From contig NZ_JBLZNJ010000003.1 in the NCBI RefSeq assembly GCF_051194155.1, forward strand, positions 494,630 through 518,629: 24,000 bases of DNA, in the 5' to 3' direction. The number at the start of each line of letters is the position of its first letter. The stretch's first letter is position 1. The notes under the pieces are model-generated. The model saw only the letters and a list, made by a program, of their open reading frames with translations, ran no database searches and was not told the origin of the DNA. Source of the DNA: Halorubrum sp. SY-15 (GTDB lineage: Archaea > Halobacteriota > Halobacteria > Halobacteriales > Haloferacaceae). The position numbers and the translations under genes are program-made. Below are positions 15,630-24,000 of this stretch, piece by piece.

Positions 15630-16138
15630 CCCCGCTCACCCCGGGTGAGGCCGGGTCGCCGGGCCGCCCGCGGCGCGTCCGCGTCGGTGTCGGTGACCTC
15701 GCGGTCGTCACCGACGACGCGACCCTGACGACGAGCGGGCTCGGCTCCTGCGTCGCGGTCGCGATGGCCGACCGGCGCGCCGGCGTCAGGGGGCTGTTAC
15801 ACGCGATGCTCCCGTCGGCGGCGCGGTCGCGTCCGGCAGGACCCCGGCCGGGCAAGTACGTCGACAGCGGGATCGACGCGCTCTGCACGGCGCTCGTCGA
15901 CGCTGGTGCGGCGTCTACGCGACTCGACGCACAACTCATCGGGGGCGCAGAGCTCCTCGACCTCACGGCCGCCGTCGGCCCCCAGAACGTCGAACGGGCC
16001 CGCGAGCGTCTCACGGCCGCGTCGATCCCGATCGTCGCGAGCGACGTGGGTGCCGACGTCGGCCGCACCGTTCGGTTCGGAGCGGACGGAGACGTCGTCG
16101 TCCGAGCCGCAGACGGGTTCGAGCGAGTGATCGGGTGA
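15626..16138 (+). CDS. cheD: Chemoreceptor glutamine deamidase CheD
   Basis: The GTG start overlaps the cheC stop (GTGA). TTSGLGSCVAV (catalytic Cys) and LLHAMLP (His) motifs. 170 aa. Confidence 0.9.
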   Translation: MTPLTPGEAGSPGRPRRVRVGVGDLAVVTDDATLTTSGLGSCVAVAMADRRAGVRGLLHAMLPSAARSRPAGPRPGKYVDSGIDALCTALVDAGAASTRLDAQLIGGAELLDLTAAVGPQNVERARERLTAASIPIVASDVGADVGRTVRFGADGDVVVRAADGFERVIG

Positions 16139-16170
16139 CCGCCGCGTCGCGTCGTCGATTCTCACGTCCG

Positions 16171-16177
16171 ATATTTT
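16171..16177 (+). promoter_or_regulatory. TATA-like box (ATATTTT) 42-48 nt upstream of the arlCE ATG; possible internal promoter for the arl accessory genes
   Basis: It lies in the only AT-rich gap (16139-18) between cheD and arlCE. Confidence 0.4.
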
Positions 16178-16218
16178 GGAGAGAGGCTTCAAGTGTCGAC
16201 CGGGGGTGTTCGCGATCG

Positions 16219-17853
16219 ATGGGGCTCGACGCAGCGTTGATCGACGGGTCGGTACTCGTCTGGGGAGCCGTCGCGTCGGGGATCGTCGGCGCAAGCGTTC
16301 TCGACCGGCTCTTCGACTCCGGAGAGTCCGACGACGATGCGGTGTTCGACGACGCGGGTGGGCTCGACGGCAGCTCGGGAGACGACTCGTTCGAGGCGTT
16401 CGACGAGATGGACGAGTGGGACGACGAGTTCGGGGGTGGTGACGACGACGACGACGGCGACACCGGTGCACTGGCGGGTCGAATCGACGACCTCGAAGCG
16501 GAGGTCGCGACGCTCTCGTCGACCGTCTCGACGGTCCGCTCGGAGAACGAGGAGATCGCCGCCGCGATAACGGACACCGAAGAGGACGTGCGGAGTCTCC
16601 TCGACATCTACGAGATGGTCACCCGCGGGATCAACCCGTTCGTCGACGAGCCCAGCGCGTTCGGAGACGACCCAGGGCAGGGCTCGTTCGACCTGTTCGA
16701 AGACGACGCCGACGAGGCGGCGTCGCTCGACGAAGACGTCGCCTCGGCGGACGCAGCCGGCTTCTTCGACGAAGACCTCCTCGAGGGAGACGAAAGCGAC
16801 GATGGCGACCCGTTCGGCGGCGCGGACCCGATGGACGACACAGCAGACGACGGACGCGTGCCGGACGACGGAACGCCGACCGACGATCCAGACGCCGGCG
16901 GCCCCGCCGACGCCGCGTTCGCGACCGACCCGGCGGACGAGGACCACGCTATGACCGACGAAGGCAAGAGCTTCAGCGAACTCAAAGCGGAGTACGACGC
17001 CGGCGAGGCCGACTGGGCCGACGAGTCGGCGACCGGTGACGAATCATCGGAAGACGACGGGCCGGCACCGCCCGACGCCGACCCCGACGACCTGTCACTC
17101 GACGTAGAGCCGGTCGGAGACGGCGAGTCGAACGAGGACGCCCTCGGATTCGGCGAGGCCGACCTCGAGGAAGCCGACCCGGAGGGAGACGATGGCGAGG
17201 TCGGCGACGGCACAGTCGACGAGGTTGAGACGGACGAGCGTACGTTCGACGACCTCGGATTCGACGAGCTCGGGTCCGACGACGGTCACCTCGGCGGCGA
17301 CCCGGCAGCGGAACGCGACGAGGTCGGTGCTCGACGCGTTCGTGGCGGCGACCCGGCCGCAGCGTCCGGGGACGCCTTCGAATACGTCGACGACGAGGAC
17401 CTCGCGGAGCACCGCCGGAAGCCGTACCTCACCGAGCTGCCCGGCGACTACGTCGGCGACCTGCTCGTGATGGAGTGGCTCGAGTTTCTCGTCGCGGCCG
17501 GCGACGTCACCGACGCGGTTCGCGCGGTGAACTACTACGAGCGGATCGAGTGGGTCGGTCCCGCGGCCGCCGATCGGCTCCGCGAGTTTCTCTCGGGGTT
17601 CGGCACGGTGGATCGGAACCTCGTCGACCGTCCCGGCACGGACCGCCTCGGCCGCGACCACCACACGCGCAGTCTGCGGTACATCACCCAGCTCAACGGC
17701 GCCGACAGCCACCTCCTCTTGTTGGATCGCTGGGACGACCTCGTCGGGCGCCCGCTCGTCGACGGCTCGTCGGCCGCCGACACAGACCGCACCGGACGAC
17801 GGCCGCCGACCGACCCCACCGCCGCTTCGAGGAGGGACGGCCGTGGGCGTTAG
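16219..17853 (+). CDS. arlCE: ArlC + ArlD/E fusion protein (FlaCE type) with very long acidic linkers
   Basis: The start was trimmed to the ATG at 16219, because third-position G/C is poor upstream. The FlaC-type coiled coil LAGRIDDLEAEVATLSSTVSTVRSENEEI...LLDIYEMVTRGINPF is followed by about 260 aa of D/E-rich sequence. Then comes the FlaD/E domain RKPYLTELPGDYVGDLLVMEWLEFLV...AVNYYERIEWVG...DHHTRSLRYI. Confidence 0.88.
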   Translation: MGLDAALIDGSVLVWGAVASGIVGASVLDRLFDSGESDDDAVFDDAGGLDGSSGDDSFEAFDEMDEWDDEFGGGDDDDDGDTGALAGRIDDLEAEVATLSSTVSTVRSENEEIAAAITDTEEDVRSLLDIYEMVTRGINPFVDEPSAFGDDPGQGSFDLFEDDADEAASLDEDVASADAAGFFDEDLLEGDESDDGDPFGGADPMDDTADDGRVPDDGTPTDDPDAGGPADAAFATDPADEDHAMTDEGKSFSELKAEYDAGEADWADESATGDESSEDDGPAPPDADPDDLSLDVEPVGDGESNEDALGFGEADLEEADPEGDDGEVGDGTVDEVETDERTFDDLGFDELGSDDGHLGGDPAAERDEVGARRVRGGDPAAASGDAFEYVDDEDLAEHRRKPYLTELPGDYVGDLLVMEWLEFLVAAGDVTDAVRAVNYYERIEWVGPAAADRLREFLSGFGTVDRNLVDRPGTDRLGRDHHTRSLRYITQLNGADSHLLLLDRWDDLVGRPLVDGSSAADTDRTGRRPPTDPTAASRRDGRGR

Positions 17854-18310
17854 TGTCTCCGCGTCGGCCGCGGTCGTCGCCGCCGGGCTCTTCATCGCGC
17901 TCACGACGGGGTACCCGGCGGCGGCGAACGGATTCGACCGCGTCGCCGAGGGCACGGCCGACAGCCACGAACGGGCACTCGACCGACACCACACGGCGAT
18001 CACCGTCGAGACGGCGACGTTCAACGCGAGCGGGAACGACGCGCTGACCGTGACGGTGGTCAACGACGGGGCGGACGCGCTGGTCGTCGACGACCTCACG
18101 CTCCTCGCCGACAACGCGTTCGTCGACGTCGCCGCCGACCCGGCGTGGACGACCGTCGAGGGTCTCGAGGCGACCGGCCTCGTGCTCCCCGGTGAGACGC
18201 TCACGATGTCGGTGCCGGACGACGCCGTCACCGCGGACCTCGCGGGTACGACCCGCGTCACGGTCGCGACGGGCACCGGCGTGCGGGCCGTCGCGGAGGT
18301 GAGCGGGTAG
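17843..18310 (+). CDS. arlF: Archaellum stator/S-layer-binding protein ArlF (FlaF)
   Basis: The GTG start overlaps the arlCE 3' end by 11 nt. The archaellin-like N-terminus is MGVSVSASAAVVAAGLFIAL, followed by a beta-rich domain. Its position before arlG supports the call. Confidence 0.85.
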   Translation: MGVSVSASAAVVAAGLFIALTTGYPAAANGFDRVAEGTADSHERALDRHHTAITVETATFNASGNDALTVTVVNDGADALVVDDLTLLADNAFVDVAADPAWTTVEGLEATGLVLPGETLTMSVPDDAVTADLAGTTRVTVATGTGVRAVAEVSG

Positions 18311-18811
18311 ATGGCGAGTGTCTCCGTCTCTCACCTGGTGTTGTTCATCGCCAGTCTCGTCATCGCCGCCGGCGTCGTCGGGACGGTCACGACGGGCGTC
18401 GACCGCGTGAGCGCCGCCGTCGAGGACGGCAGCCTGGAGGCGACAGAGCAGCTCCGCACCGACGTCACGGTGATCTCCGACCCCGCAGCGGGGGTGTACG
18501 ACCCGGACGCGGGGACCGACGGAAACGTCACGCTGCTCGTAAAGAACGTCGGGAGCCAACGGCTCGCACCGACCGGGGCCGGTCTCGACGTCGTCTTCGA
18601 CGGCCAGTACGTCCCGCCGTCGGCGACGACCGGCACGGTCGTCTCCGTCGACGGCGCGACCGTCTGGGGCCCGGGAGACGTCCTTCGGCTCACGATCGAC
18701 CTCGACCGGATCGAGGGCGTCGACGCGCTCGCGACTCCGAGCGACCACCGGGTTAGGATCGTACTCAACGGCGACGAAGAGGCGTTCGCGTTCCGGGTCG
18801 AGGAGGCGTGA
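18311..18811 (+). CDS. arlG: Archaellum protein ArlG (FlaG)
   Basis: The ATG immediately follows the arlF stop. MASVSVSHLVLFIASLVIAAGVVG is an archaellin-like hydrophobic N-terminus. Position in the cluster supports the call. Confidence 0.85.
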   Translation: MASVSVSHLVLFIASLVIAAGVVGTVTTGVDRVSAAVEDGSLEATEQLRTDVTVISDPAAGVYDPDAGTDGNVTLLVKNVGSQRLAPTGAGLDVVFDGQYVPPSATTGTVVSVDGATVWGPGDVLRLTIDLDRIEGVDALATPSDHRVRIVLNGDEEAFAFRVEEA

Positions 18812-18812
18812 G

Positions 18813-19565
18813 ATGGCGCGCGCGACCAACCTCCACTCGATCGGCCTCGACGACCACGACCGGCTGAACGCCGAGCTCGGTGGCGGCATCCCACGCGGCA
18901 GCATCGTCCTCGTTGAGGGCGACTACGGGGCCGGCAAGAGCGCGCTGTCACAGCGGTTCGCCTACGGCCTCGTCGACGAAGGAGCGTCGGTGACGCTGTT
19001 GTCGACGGAGCTCACGGTTCGCGGGTTCATCGACCAGATGCACTCGCTCGCGTACGACGTGGTGAAGCCGTTGTTGTCCGAACGCCTGCTGTTTTTACAC
19101 GCCGACTTCGACGCGGGCGGCGCCTTCTCCGACGGCGACGGCGAGCGCCGCGAGCTGCTCACCCGGCTGATGGACGCCGAGGTGATGTGGCAGCCGGAGG
19201 TGATCCTCATCGACACGTTCGACGCCATCCTGCGAAACGACCCGACGTTCGAGGCGCTCGTCCGGAAGAACGAGGAGCGACAGGCGGCGCTCGAGATCAT
19301 CTCGTTTTTCAGAGACGTGATCGCGACGGGGAAAGTCGTCGTGCTCACCGTCGACCCGTCGGCGGTCGACGACGAAGCCATCGGACCGTTTCGGTCGATC
19401 GCAGACGTGTTCTTCGAACTCGAGATGGTCGAAGTCGGCAGCGACATCCGCCGACAGATCAACGTGAAACGCTTCGCGGGCATGGGTGAACAGGTCGGCG
19501 ACACGATCGGCTTCTCGGTGCGTTCGGGGACGGGCATCGTCATCGAGAGCCGGAGCGTCGCCTGA
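18813..19565 (+). CDS. arlH: Archaellum KaiC-like ATP-binding protein ArlH (FlaH)
   Basis: Starts 1 nt after the arlG stop. Walker A EGDYGAGKS, Walker B-like VILIDTFD. 250 aa. Confidence 0.9.
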   Translation: MARATNLHSIGLDDHDRLNAELGGGIPRGSIVLVEGDYGAGKSALSQRFAYGLVDEGASVTLLSTELTVRGFIDQMHSLAYDVVKPLLSERLLFLHADFDAGGAFSDGDGERRELLTRLMDAEVMWQPEVILIDTFDAILRNDPTFEALVRKNEERQAALEIISFFRDVIATGKVVVLTVDPSAVDDEAIGPFRSIADVFFELEMVEVGSDIRRQINVKRFAGMGEQVGDTIGFSVRSGTGIVIESRSVA

Positions 19566-19585
19566 ACGTACCTCGATCCACGCAC

Positions 19586-21259
19586 ATGACCGACCACGGC
19601 ACCAGAACACCGTCCGACGACCTGCGACAGGCCGCGATGCGCCGGCCACACCTCCGGCGGCACCTTCGTGAGTTCAAACAGCTCACGGGTGAGTTTCCGT
19701 TGTTCATCGACGAGCCGAAAGGCGAGTACGAGTCGGCACATCCGAACGTGTTGTACCCGGTCGGGGGACCGATCTACTGTCACGTGTACGGCGACCTCGG
19801 TCAAGAGACGAAGTACTACGCCATCGAGCCGACCGTGTCCGGCCCGCAAGCCGCCGTCCTCGAGCGGGTCAAAGACGAGCTGCTCGCCGCGAGTGGGGGC
19901 CGAACCGCACCGGAGTCGGAGACGGAGTACGACGACCTCATCGAGGAGCTGCTCGCCGACGTCACGCACGTCCACCACGACGACGGTGGGCTGAAAGCGG
20001 AGGCCGAGCGGTTACTCAACGCGGGCAAGCTCACCGTCACCGAAGAGACCTACGAGAACATCCGGTACCGGCTCAACCGGGACATCGTCGGGCTCGGGCC
20101 GCTAGAGCCGGTGATGCGCGATCCGGCGAACGAGGACGTCCACGTCATCGGACCCCACGAGTGTCACGTCGACCACGGCACGTTCGGGATGCTCGAGACG
20201 ACCGTCGACTTCGGCAGCCCCGCCGAGTTCGACGCCTGGCTGCGCAACATGGGCGAGCGGATCGGTGACCCGCTGTCCGACTCCGACCCGATCGTCGACT
20301 CGACGCTGCCCGACGGCTCGCGGATCAACATCATCTACTCCGACGACGTCTCGCTGAAGGGCGCCTCGCTCACGATTCGGCAGGGCGAAGACGTCCCGCT
20401 GTCGGTGAATCAGATCACGGATTGGGGGACGCTCTCTCCGGAGCTCGCGGCGTATCTCTGGTTGTGTCTCGAGAACGAGCGCACGGTCTTCGTCGTCGGC
20501 GAAACCGCCTCCGGGAAGACGACGACGCTGAACGCGATCCTCTCGTACATCCCGCGCGACTCGAAGATCTACACCGCAGAAGACACCGCCGAGGTCGTCC
20601 CCCCACACAACACCTGGCAGCAGCTGTTGACCCGCGAGGGCGGCGGCGAGGGGAGCACGGACGTCGACATGTTCGACCTCGTTGCGGCCGCGCTTCGCTC
20701 GCGGCCCGACTACATCATCGTGGGTGAGGTCCGGGGCGCGGAGGGGCGGATGGCGTTTCAGGCGGCACAGACCGGTCACCCGGTCATGCTGACGTTTCAC
20801 GCCTCCGACATCGTCTCGATGATCCAGCGGTTCACCTCCGAGCCGATCTCCGTGCCCGAGCCGTTCATGGACAACGCCGACGTAGCGTTGTTCCAGAATC
20901 GGGTGAAACGCGGCGACGAAGTGCTCAGGCGTGTGACCAGCGTTCAGGAGATCGAGGGGTACTCCAAGGAGATGTCCGGCGTCGTCACCCGCGAGGTGTT
21001 CAGCTGGGACCCCGTCGAAGACGAGATCGTGTTTCAGGGGATGAACAACTCCTACGTCTTAGAAGAGCAGATCGCGACGCTGCTCGGGTACGCCGACACC
21101 CGCGAGATCTACGACGACCTCTCGTTCCGTGCGGCCCTCGTCGAACGAATGATCCAGGAGGGCGTCCTCGGCTACCACGAGGTGAACCGCGTCATCGACG
21201 CGTTCCACCGCGACGGGGTGGAGGGACTGCCCTTCGAGATGCACCGATCGGTGCGGTGA
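19586..21259 (+). CDS. arlI: Archaellum motor/assembly ATPase ArlI (FlaI, type IV secretion-NTPase family)
   Basis: 557 aa. Walker A GETASGKTTTLNA, Asp/His boxes (PDYIIVGEVRGAEG, GHPVMLTFHA). Confidence 0.95.
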   Translation: MTDHGTRTPSDDLRQAAMRRPHLRRHLREFKQLTGEFPLFIDEPKGEYESAHPNVLYPVGGPIYCHVYGDLGQETKYYAIEPTVSGPQAAVLERVKDELLAASGGRTAPESETEYDDLIEELLADVTHVHHDDGGLKAEAERLLNAGKLTVTEETYENIRYRLNRDIVGLGPLEPVMRDPANEDVHVIGPHECHVDHGTFGMLETTVDFGSPAEFDAWLRNMGERIGDPLSDSDPIVDSTLPDGSRINIIYSDDVSLKGASLTIRQGEDVPLSVNQITDWGTLSPELAAYLWLCLENERTVFVVGETASGKTTTLNAILSYIPRDSKIYTAEDTAEVVPPHNTWQQLLTREGGGEGSTDVDMFDLVAAALRSRPDYIIVGEVRGAEGRMAFQAAQTGHPVMLTFHASDIVSMIQRFTSEPISVPEPFMDNADVALFQNRVKRGDEVLRRVTSVQEIEGYSKEMSGVVTREVFSWDPVEDEIVFQGMNNSYVLEEQIATLLGYADTREIYDDLSFRAALVERMIQEGVLGYHEVNRVIDAFHRDGVEGLPFEMHRSVR

Positions 21260-21263
21260 GTCG

Positions 21264-23000
21264 ATGGGGGCATCCACGGACCACGACGGCGTCGCCGCCG
21301 CGCTGGGTGCACTCGACGCGGTGCTCGCCTCGTACGACCGGCTCGACGTCTCGCGACGCCAGTACGTCGGTCTCGTGCTCGTACCCGCGGCCGTCGTCTT
21401 TGCGGCGTCGATAATCGGTGCGGTCCTCCTCCCGCTCCCGCTCGCCGCTCGGGTCCCCATCCCGCTCGTCGGCGGACTCGTGCTCGTCGCGGCGGCGATT
21501 TACCCGGCCATCTACCGCAGCAGCCTGGAGGCGCAGATCGACAGCCAACTTCACCTCGTGATGACACACATGACCGTGTTGTCGACGACGAACATCGACC
21601 GCGTCGAGGTGTTTCGGACGCTGGCGCGCGAGCGGGAGTACGGTCCCGCGGCCGAGGAGATCGGACGGATCGTCCACCTCGTCGACACCTGGAACCAGAG
21701 TCTCGACGACGCGTGTCGCCGCCGGGCGAAGGAGGCGCCGTCGGACGCGCTCTCGGACATCTTCGACCGCCTCGGCTACACGCTGGGTGCCGGACAGTCG
21801 CTATCGGCGTTCCTCGTCGCCGAACAGGACGTGATACTCTCGACGTACGAGACCCGGTACGAGGCGGCGCTGTCGAACCTGGAGGTGATGAAAGACCTCT
21901 ACATGTCGATGATCCTCTCGATGACCTTCGCGCTGGTGTTCGCGGTCGTGCTCCCGATACTCACCGGCACCGACCCGACGGTGACCGTCTCCGCCATCAT
22001 CGTCCTCTTCGTGTTCGTCCAGTTGGGATTCTACGTCATGATCCGCGCGACCGCGCCCGCGGACCCGGTCTGGTACCACCCCGAGGAGGGAGCGCCCGGC
22101 GACGTCCGCCTGTGGGCGTCGCTCGTGGCCGGGGGCGGACTTTCGGTGGTACTCGTCGGCGTCACCGCCGCGGGGATGGTCGGCTACGGTCCGGGTCTCC
22201 CGGGACTGGTGTGGTTCCTCGACGACGTCCAGCTCCCGCTGTACGTCGCGATCCCGGTCACGCCGCTTTTTTTCACCGGGCTGTTTCTCCGGCGTGAAGA
22301 ACGGGCGATCACGGCGCGCGACGAGGAGTTCCCCTCGTTCGTTCGCGCGCTCGGGGCGACCGAGAGCGCGAAACAGTCGACGACGACCGACGTGTTGTCC
22401 ACGCTCCGCGAGAAGGATTTCGGGGCGCTCTCGCCGTCTATCACGCGGCTCTACCGCCGGCTGAACCTTCGTATCAGCACGGAGGGGGCGTGGCGGGCGT
22501 TCTCACGAGACACGCGGTCGTACCTCGTCCAGAAGTTCTCGGAGATGTACCTCGTCGGCCGGCGGATGGGCGGCGACCCGAAGCTGCTCGGCGAGTTGAT
22601 CTCGACGAACATGAGCGCGGTCAACCAGCTGCGCGAAAAGCGCCGGCAGTCCGCGGTGACGTTCATCGGGCTGTTGTACGGGATCACCGCGGCCGCGACG
22701 TTCGCGTTCTTCATCGGGCTCGAGGTGGTCGGGATCCTCGCGGACATCACCGCCGACTTCGGCGTCGACCGCCTCGACATGGCGAAGATCGTGCACCCGG
22801 GCGCGTACAACATGCCACTCATCGAGTTCCTGTTGTTGGCGGTCGTGGCGTTCAACGCCGCCCTCTCCTCGCAGATGATCCGGACGATAGACGGCGGGAA
22901 CCCGGCGAACGGCTACATCCACTTCGTGGCGCTGACGTGGCTTGGTGCGCTCACCGCGATCGGAACGCGGATCCTCGTCGAGGCGGTCCTCGCGGTGTGA
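21264..23000 (+). CDS. arlJ: Archaellum polytopic membrane platform protein ArlJ (FlaJ)
   Basis: 578 aa, starting 4 nt after the arlI stop. Multiple hydrophobic helices flank two cytoplasmic T2SF-like domains. Last gene of the cluster. Confidence 0.9.
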   Translation: MGASTDHDGVAAALGALDAVLASYDRLDVSRRQYVGLVLVPAAVVFAASIIGAVLLPLPLAARVPIPLVGGLVLVAAAIYPAIYRSSLEAQIDSQLHLVMTHMTVLSTTNIDRVEVFRTLAREREYGPAAEEIGRIVHLVDTWNQSLDDACRRRAKEAPSDALSDIFDRLGYTLGAGQSLSAFLVAEQDVILSTYETRYEAALSNLEVMKDLYMSMILSMTFALVFAVVLPILTGTDPTVTVSAIIVLFVFVQLGFYVMIRATAPADPVWYHPEEGAPGDVRLWASLVAGGGLSVVLVGVTAAGMVGYGPGLPGLVWFLDDVQLPLYVAIPVTPLFFTGLFLRREERAITARDEEFPSFVRALGATESAKQSTTTDVLSTLREKDFGALSPSITRLYRRLNLRISTEGAWRAFSRDTRSYLVQKFSEMYLVGRRMGGDPKLLGELISTNMSAVNQLREKRRQSAVTFIGLLYGITAAATFAFFIGLEVVGILADITADFGVDRLDMAKIVHPGAYNMPLIEFLLLAVVAFNAALSSQMIRTIDGGNPANGYIHFVALTWLGALTAIGTRILVEAVLAV

Positions 23001-23033
23001 GGGCGACCCGTGGCGTGAGGGCGACCCCGTGGT
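22997..23033 (+). repeat. Tandem 18/19-nt duplication spanning the arlJ stop codon
   Basis: GTGAGGGCGACCCGTGGC (22997-23014) is followed directly by GTGAGGGCGACCCCGTGGT (23015-23033). Confidence 0.8.
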
Positions 23034-23067
23034 GTGTGGACGGTCTCACGCCCTCGAGACGAGTGGC

Positions 23068-23988
23068 TCACTCGAAGAGCGTCGGCTCCTCGACGGTCGC
23101 CGCCGCGGCTGTCCGCCACGAGTGCTGTGGCTCCCAGCCGAACCGGTCGGCGGCGCGTTCGATCGCGTAGGCGCTTCGGTCGTCGTCGTCGCTCACGGCG
23201 GTCGCCTCCGGCACCTCGTCGTAGACCGCACGGAGGAGCTCGAGTAGCGGCCGGCCGAGAGCGTTGTCGGCAGCGACGCAGTTCACCGCCTCGTGTGTCC
23301 CCGGTGGGATCGGTGGGCGGTCCGTGCGGAGCGCGTCGACCGCGCGGGCGACGAGCGCGGCGACGTCTCGGACGTCGACGTATGACCAGAAGTTCCCGGC
23401 GCCGGCGTCGAGGTCGTCCGTGTACGCGGGCGCTCTACAGGCGTACGCGCCGGGGTACTGGATCCACGACGGCCGCAGCGAGACCGCGGACACGTCGTGG
23501 CGTCTCGCGACCGCCGCGGCCGTCTGTTCTGCGGTCACCTTCGAGAGACCGTACGGGTCTTCGGGCCGCAGGGGGTGCGATTCGGTCACGGGCACCTCGT
23601 CAGGCATCGGTGTGGGCTCGGCGAAGAAGAACCCGTACGCGCCGTCGCTCGACGCCTGGACGATCGGGGCGTCGGCGCGGCCGGCGGCCGTGAGGACGTT
23701 GTGTGCGGCCAGCACGTTCGTCTCGAAGACGCGACCATCCGGGTGTGTTCCCGCGACAGGGATCGCGGCCCAGTGGACCACGACGTCCGGGTCGACGGCG
23801 GCGACGACGTCGAGTGCCTCACCGCGGTCCGCGAGGTCGGCGGCTCGAAACGAGAGTCCCGGGGCCGGCTCACGGTCGAGCCCGGGGTGGTCGTAGTCGA
23901 CGACGACGACGTCGTGGTCGGTCGCGAGTCGGTCTGCGATCCAGCGTCCCGAGGCGCCGCGTCCGCCGGTGAGTAGGACCGTCGCCAT
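23068..23988 (-). CDS. NAD-dependent epimerase/dehydratase (extended SDR family)
   Basis: 306 aa. Rossmann motif LLTGGRGASGRWIA and catalytic YGLSK (YxxxK). Convergent with arlJ. Confidence 0.85.
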   Translation of the reverse strand: MATVLLTGGRGASGRWIADRLATDHDVVVVDYDHPGLDREPAPGLSFRAADLADRGEALDVVAAVDPDVVVHWAAIPVAGTHPDGRVFETNVLAAHNVLTAAGRADAPIVQASSDGAYGFFFAEPTPMPDEVPVTESHPLRPEDPYGLSKVTAEQTAAAVARRHDVSAVSLRPSWIQYPGAYACRAPAYTDDLDAGAGNFWSYVDVRDVAALVARAVDALRTDRPPIPPGTHEAVNCVAADNALGRPLLELLRAVYDEVPEATAVSDDDDRSAYAIERAADRFGWEPQHSWRTAAAATVEEPTLFE

Positions 23989-24000
23989 AGGCGCGGATCG

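Larger units (their letters stand above)
11726..23000 (+). other. Co-directional archaellum/chemotaxis gene cluster (arlA1-arlA2-orphan-cheYCD-arlCE-F-G-H-I-J)
   Basis: Twelve same-strand genes. Junctions are mostly 0-4 nt or overlapping. Only three larger gaps (13303-13380, 13942-14040, 16139-16218) carry TATA-like boxes. Confidence 0.9.

Noticed and set aside
16135-16218. A GTG at 16135 overlapping the cheD stop (GTGA, mimicking the cheC/cheD junction), considered as the arlCE start
   Set aside because: The 28 intervening codons have only about half G/C at the third position, give an Arg/Ser/Cys-rich peptide, and contain the ATATTTT TATA-like box. The ATG at 16219 begins the clearly coding stretch. 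The overlap-start possibility is not fully excluded.
17693-18904. 403-aa and 393-aa minus-strand ORFs antisense to arlCE/arlF/arlG
   Set aside because: These are Arg-rich shadows spanning three tightly coupled plus-strand genes.
1-24000. A search for CRISPR arrays, IS elements or terminal inverted repeats, integrases, toxin-antitoxin pairs, restriction-modification or other defence islands
   Set aside because: I saw no regularly spaced repeats and no transposase, integrase or nuclease-methylase-like ORFs. Apart from the insert in arlA2 and the promoter regions, composition is uniform, so the window looks like core chromosome rather than an accessory island.

Overview
This is a very GC-rich segment with acidic predicted proteins and TATA-like boxes 22-33 nt upstream of most first-in-operon start codons. 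That is the signature of a haloarchaeal (Halobacteria-type) chromosome with mostly leaderless transcripts. The left half (1-9.4 kb) holds housekeeping genes: a partial M14-type deacylase, an MBL-fold hydrolase, the Hef helicase/XPF-nuclease, a small acidic orphan, the metY-metX direct-sulfhydrylation pair, and a DHH/DHHA1 RecJ-like nuclease. The right half (9.4-23 kb) is a motility region. It starts with a HalX response regulator, a single-domain KaiC/RecA-like ATPase and a small winged-helix regulator. A long AT-rich control region follows, then two tandem archaellin genes, an acidic orphan gene, cheY-cheC-cheD, and the accessory genes arlCE-arlF-arlG-arlH-arlI-arlJ, many of them overlapping or abutting. 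An extended-SDR epimerase closes the window. I found no rRNA, tRNA, CRISPR, transposase, integrase or recognisable defence genes. I see no clear-cut new system. The points most worth follow-up are: the regulator triad next to the archaellin promoter; the orphan gene inside the archaellum/che cluster; a low-GC, glycosylation-sequon-dense insert in the second archaellin; a 134-nt perfectly identical block shared by the two archaellin genes; and two candidate micro-ORFs. All function calls rest on motif recognition by eye, with no database searches.
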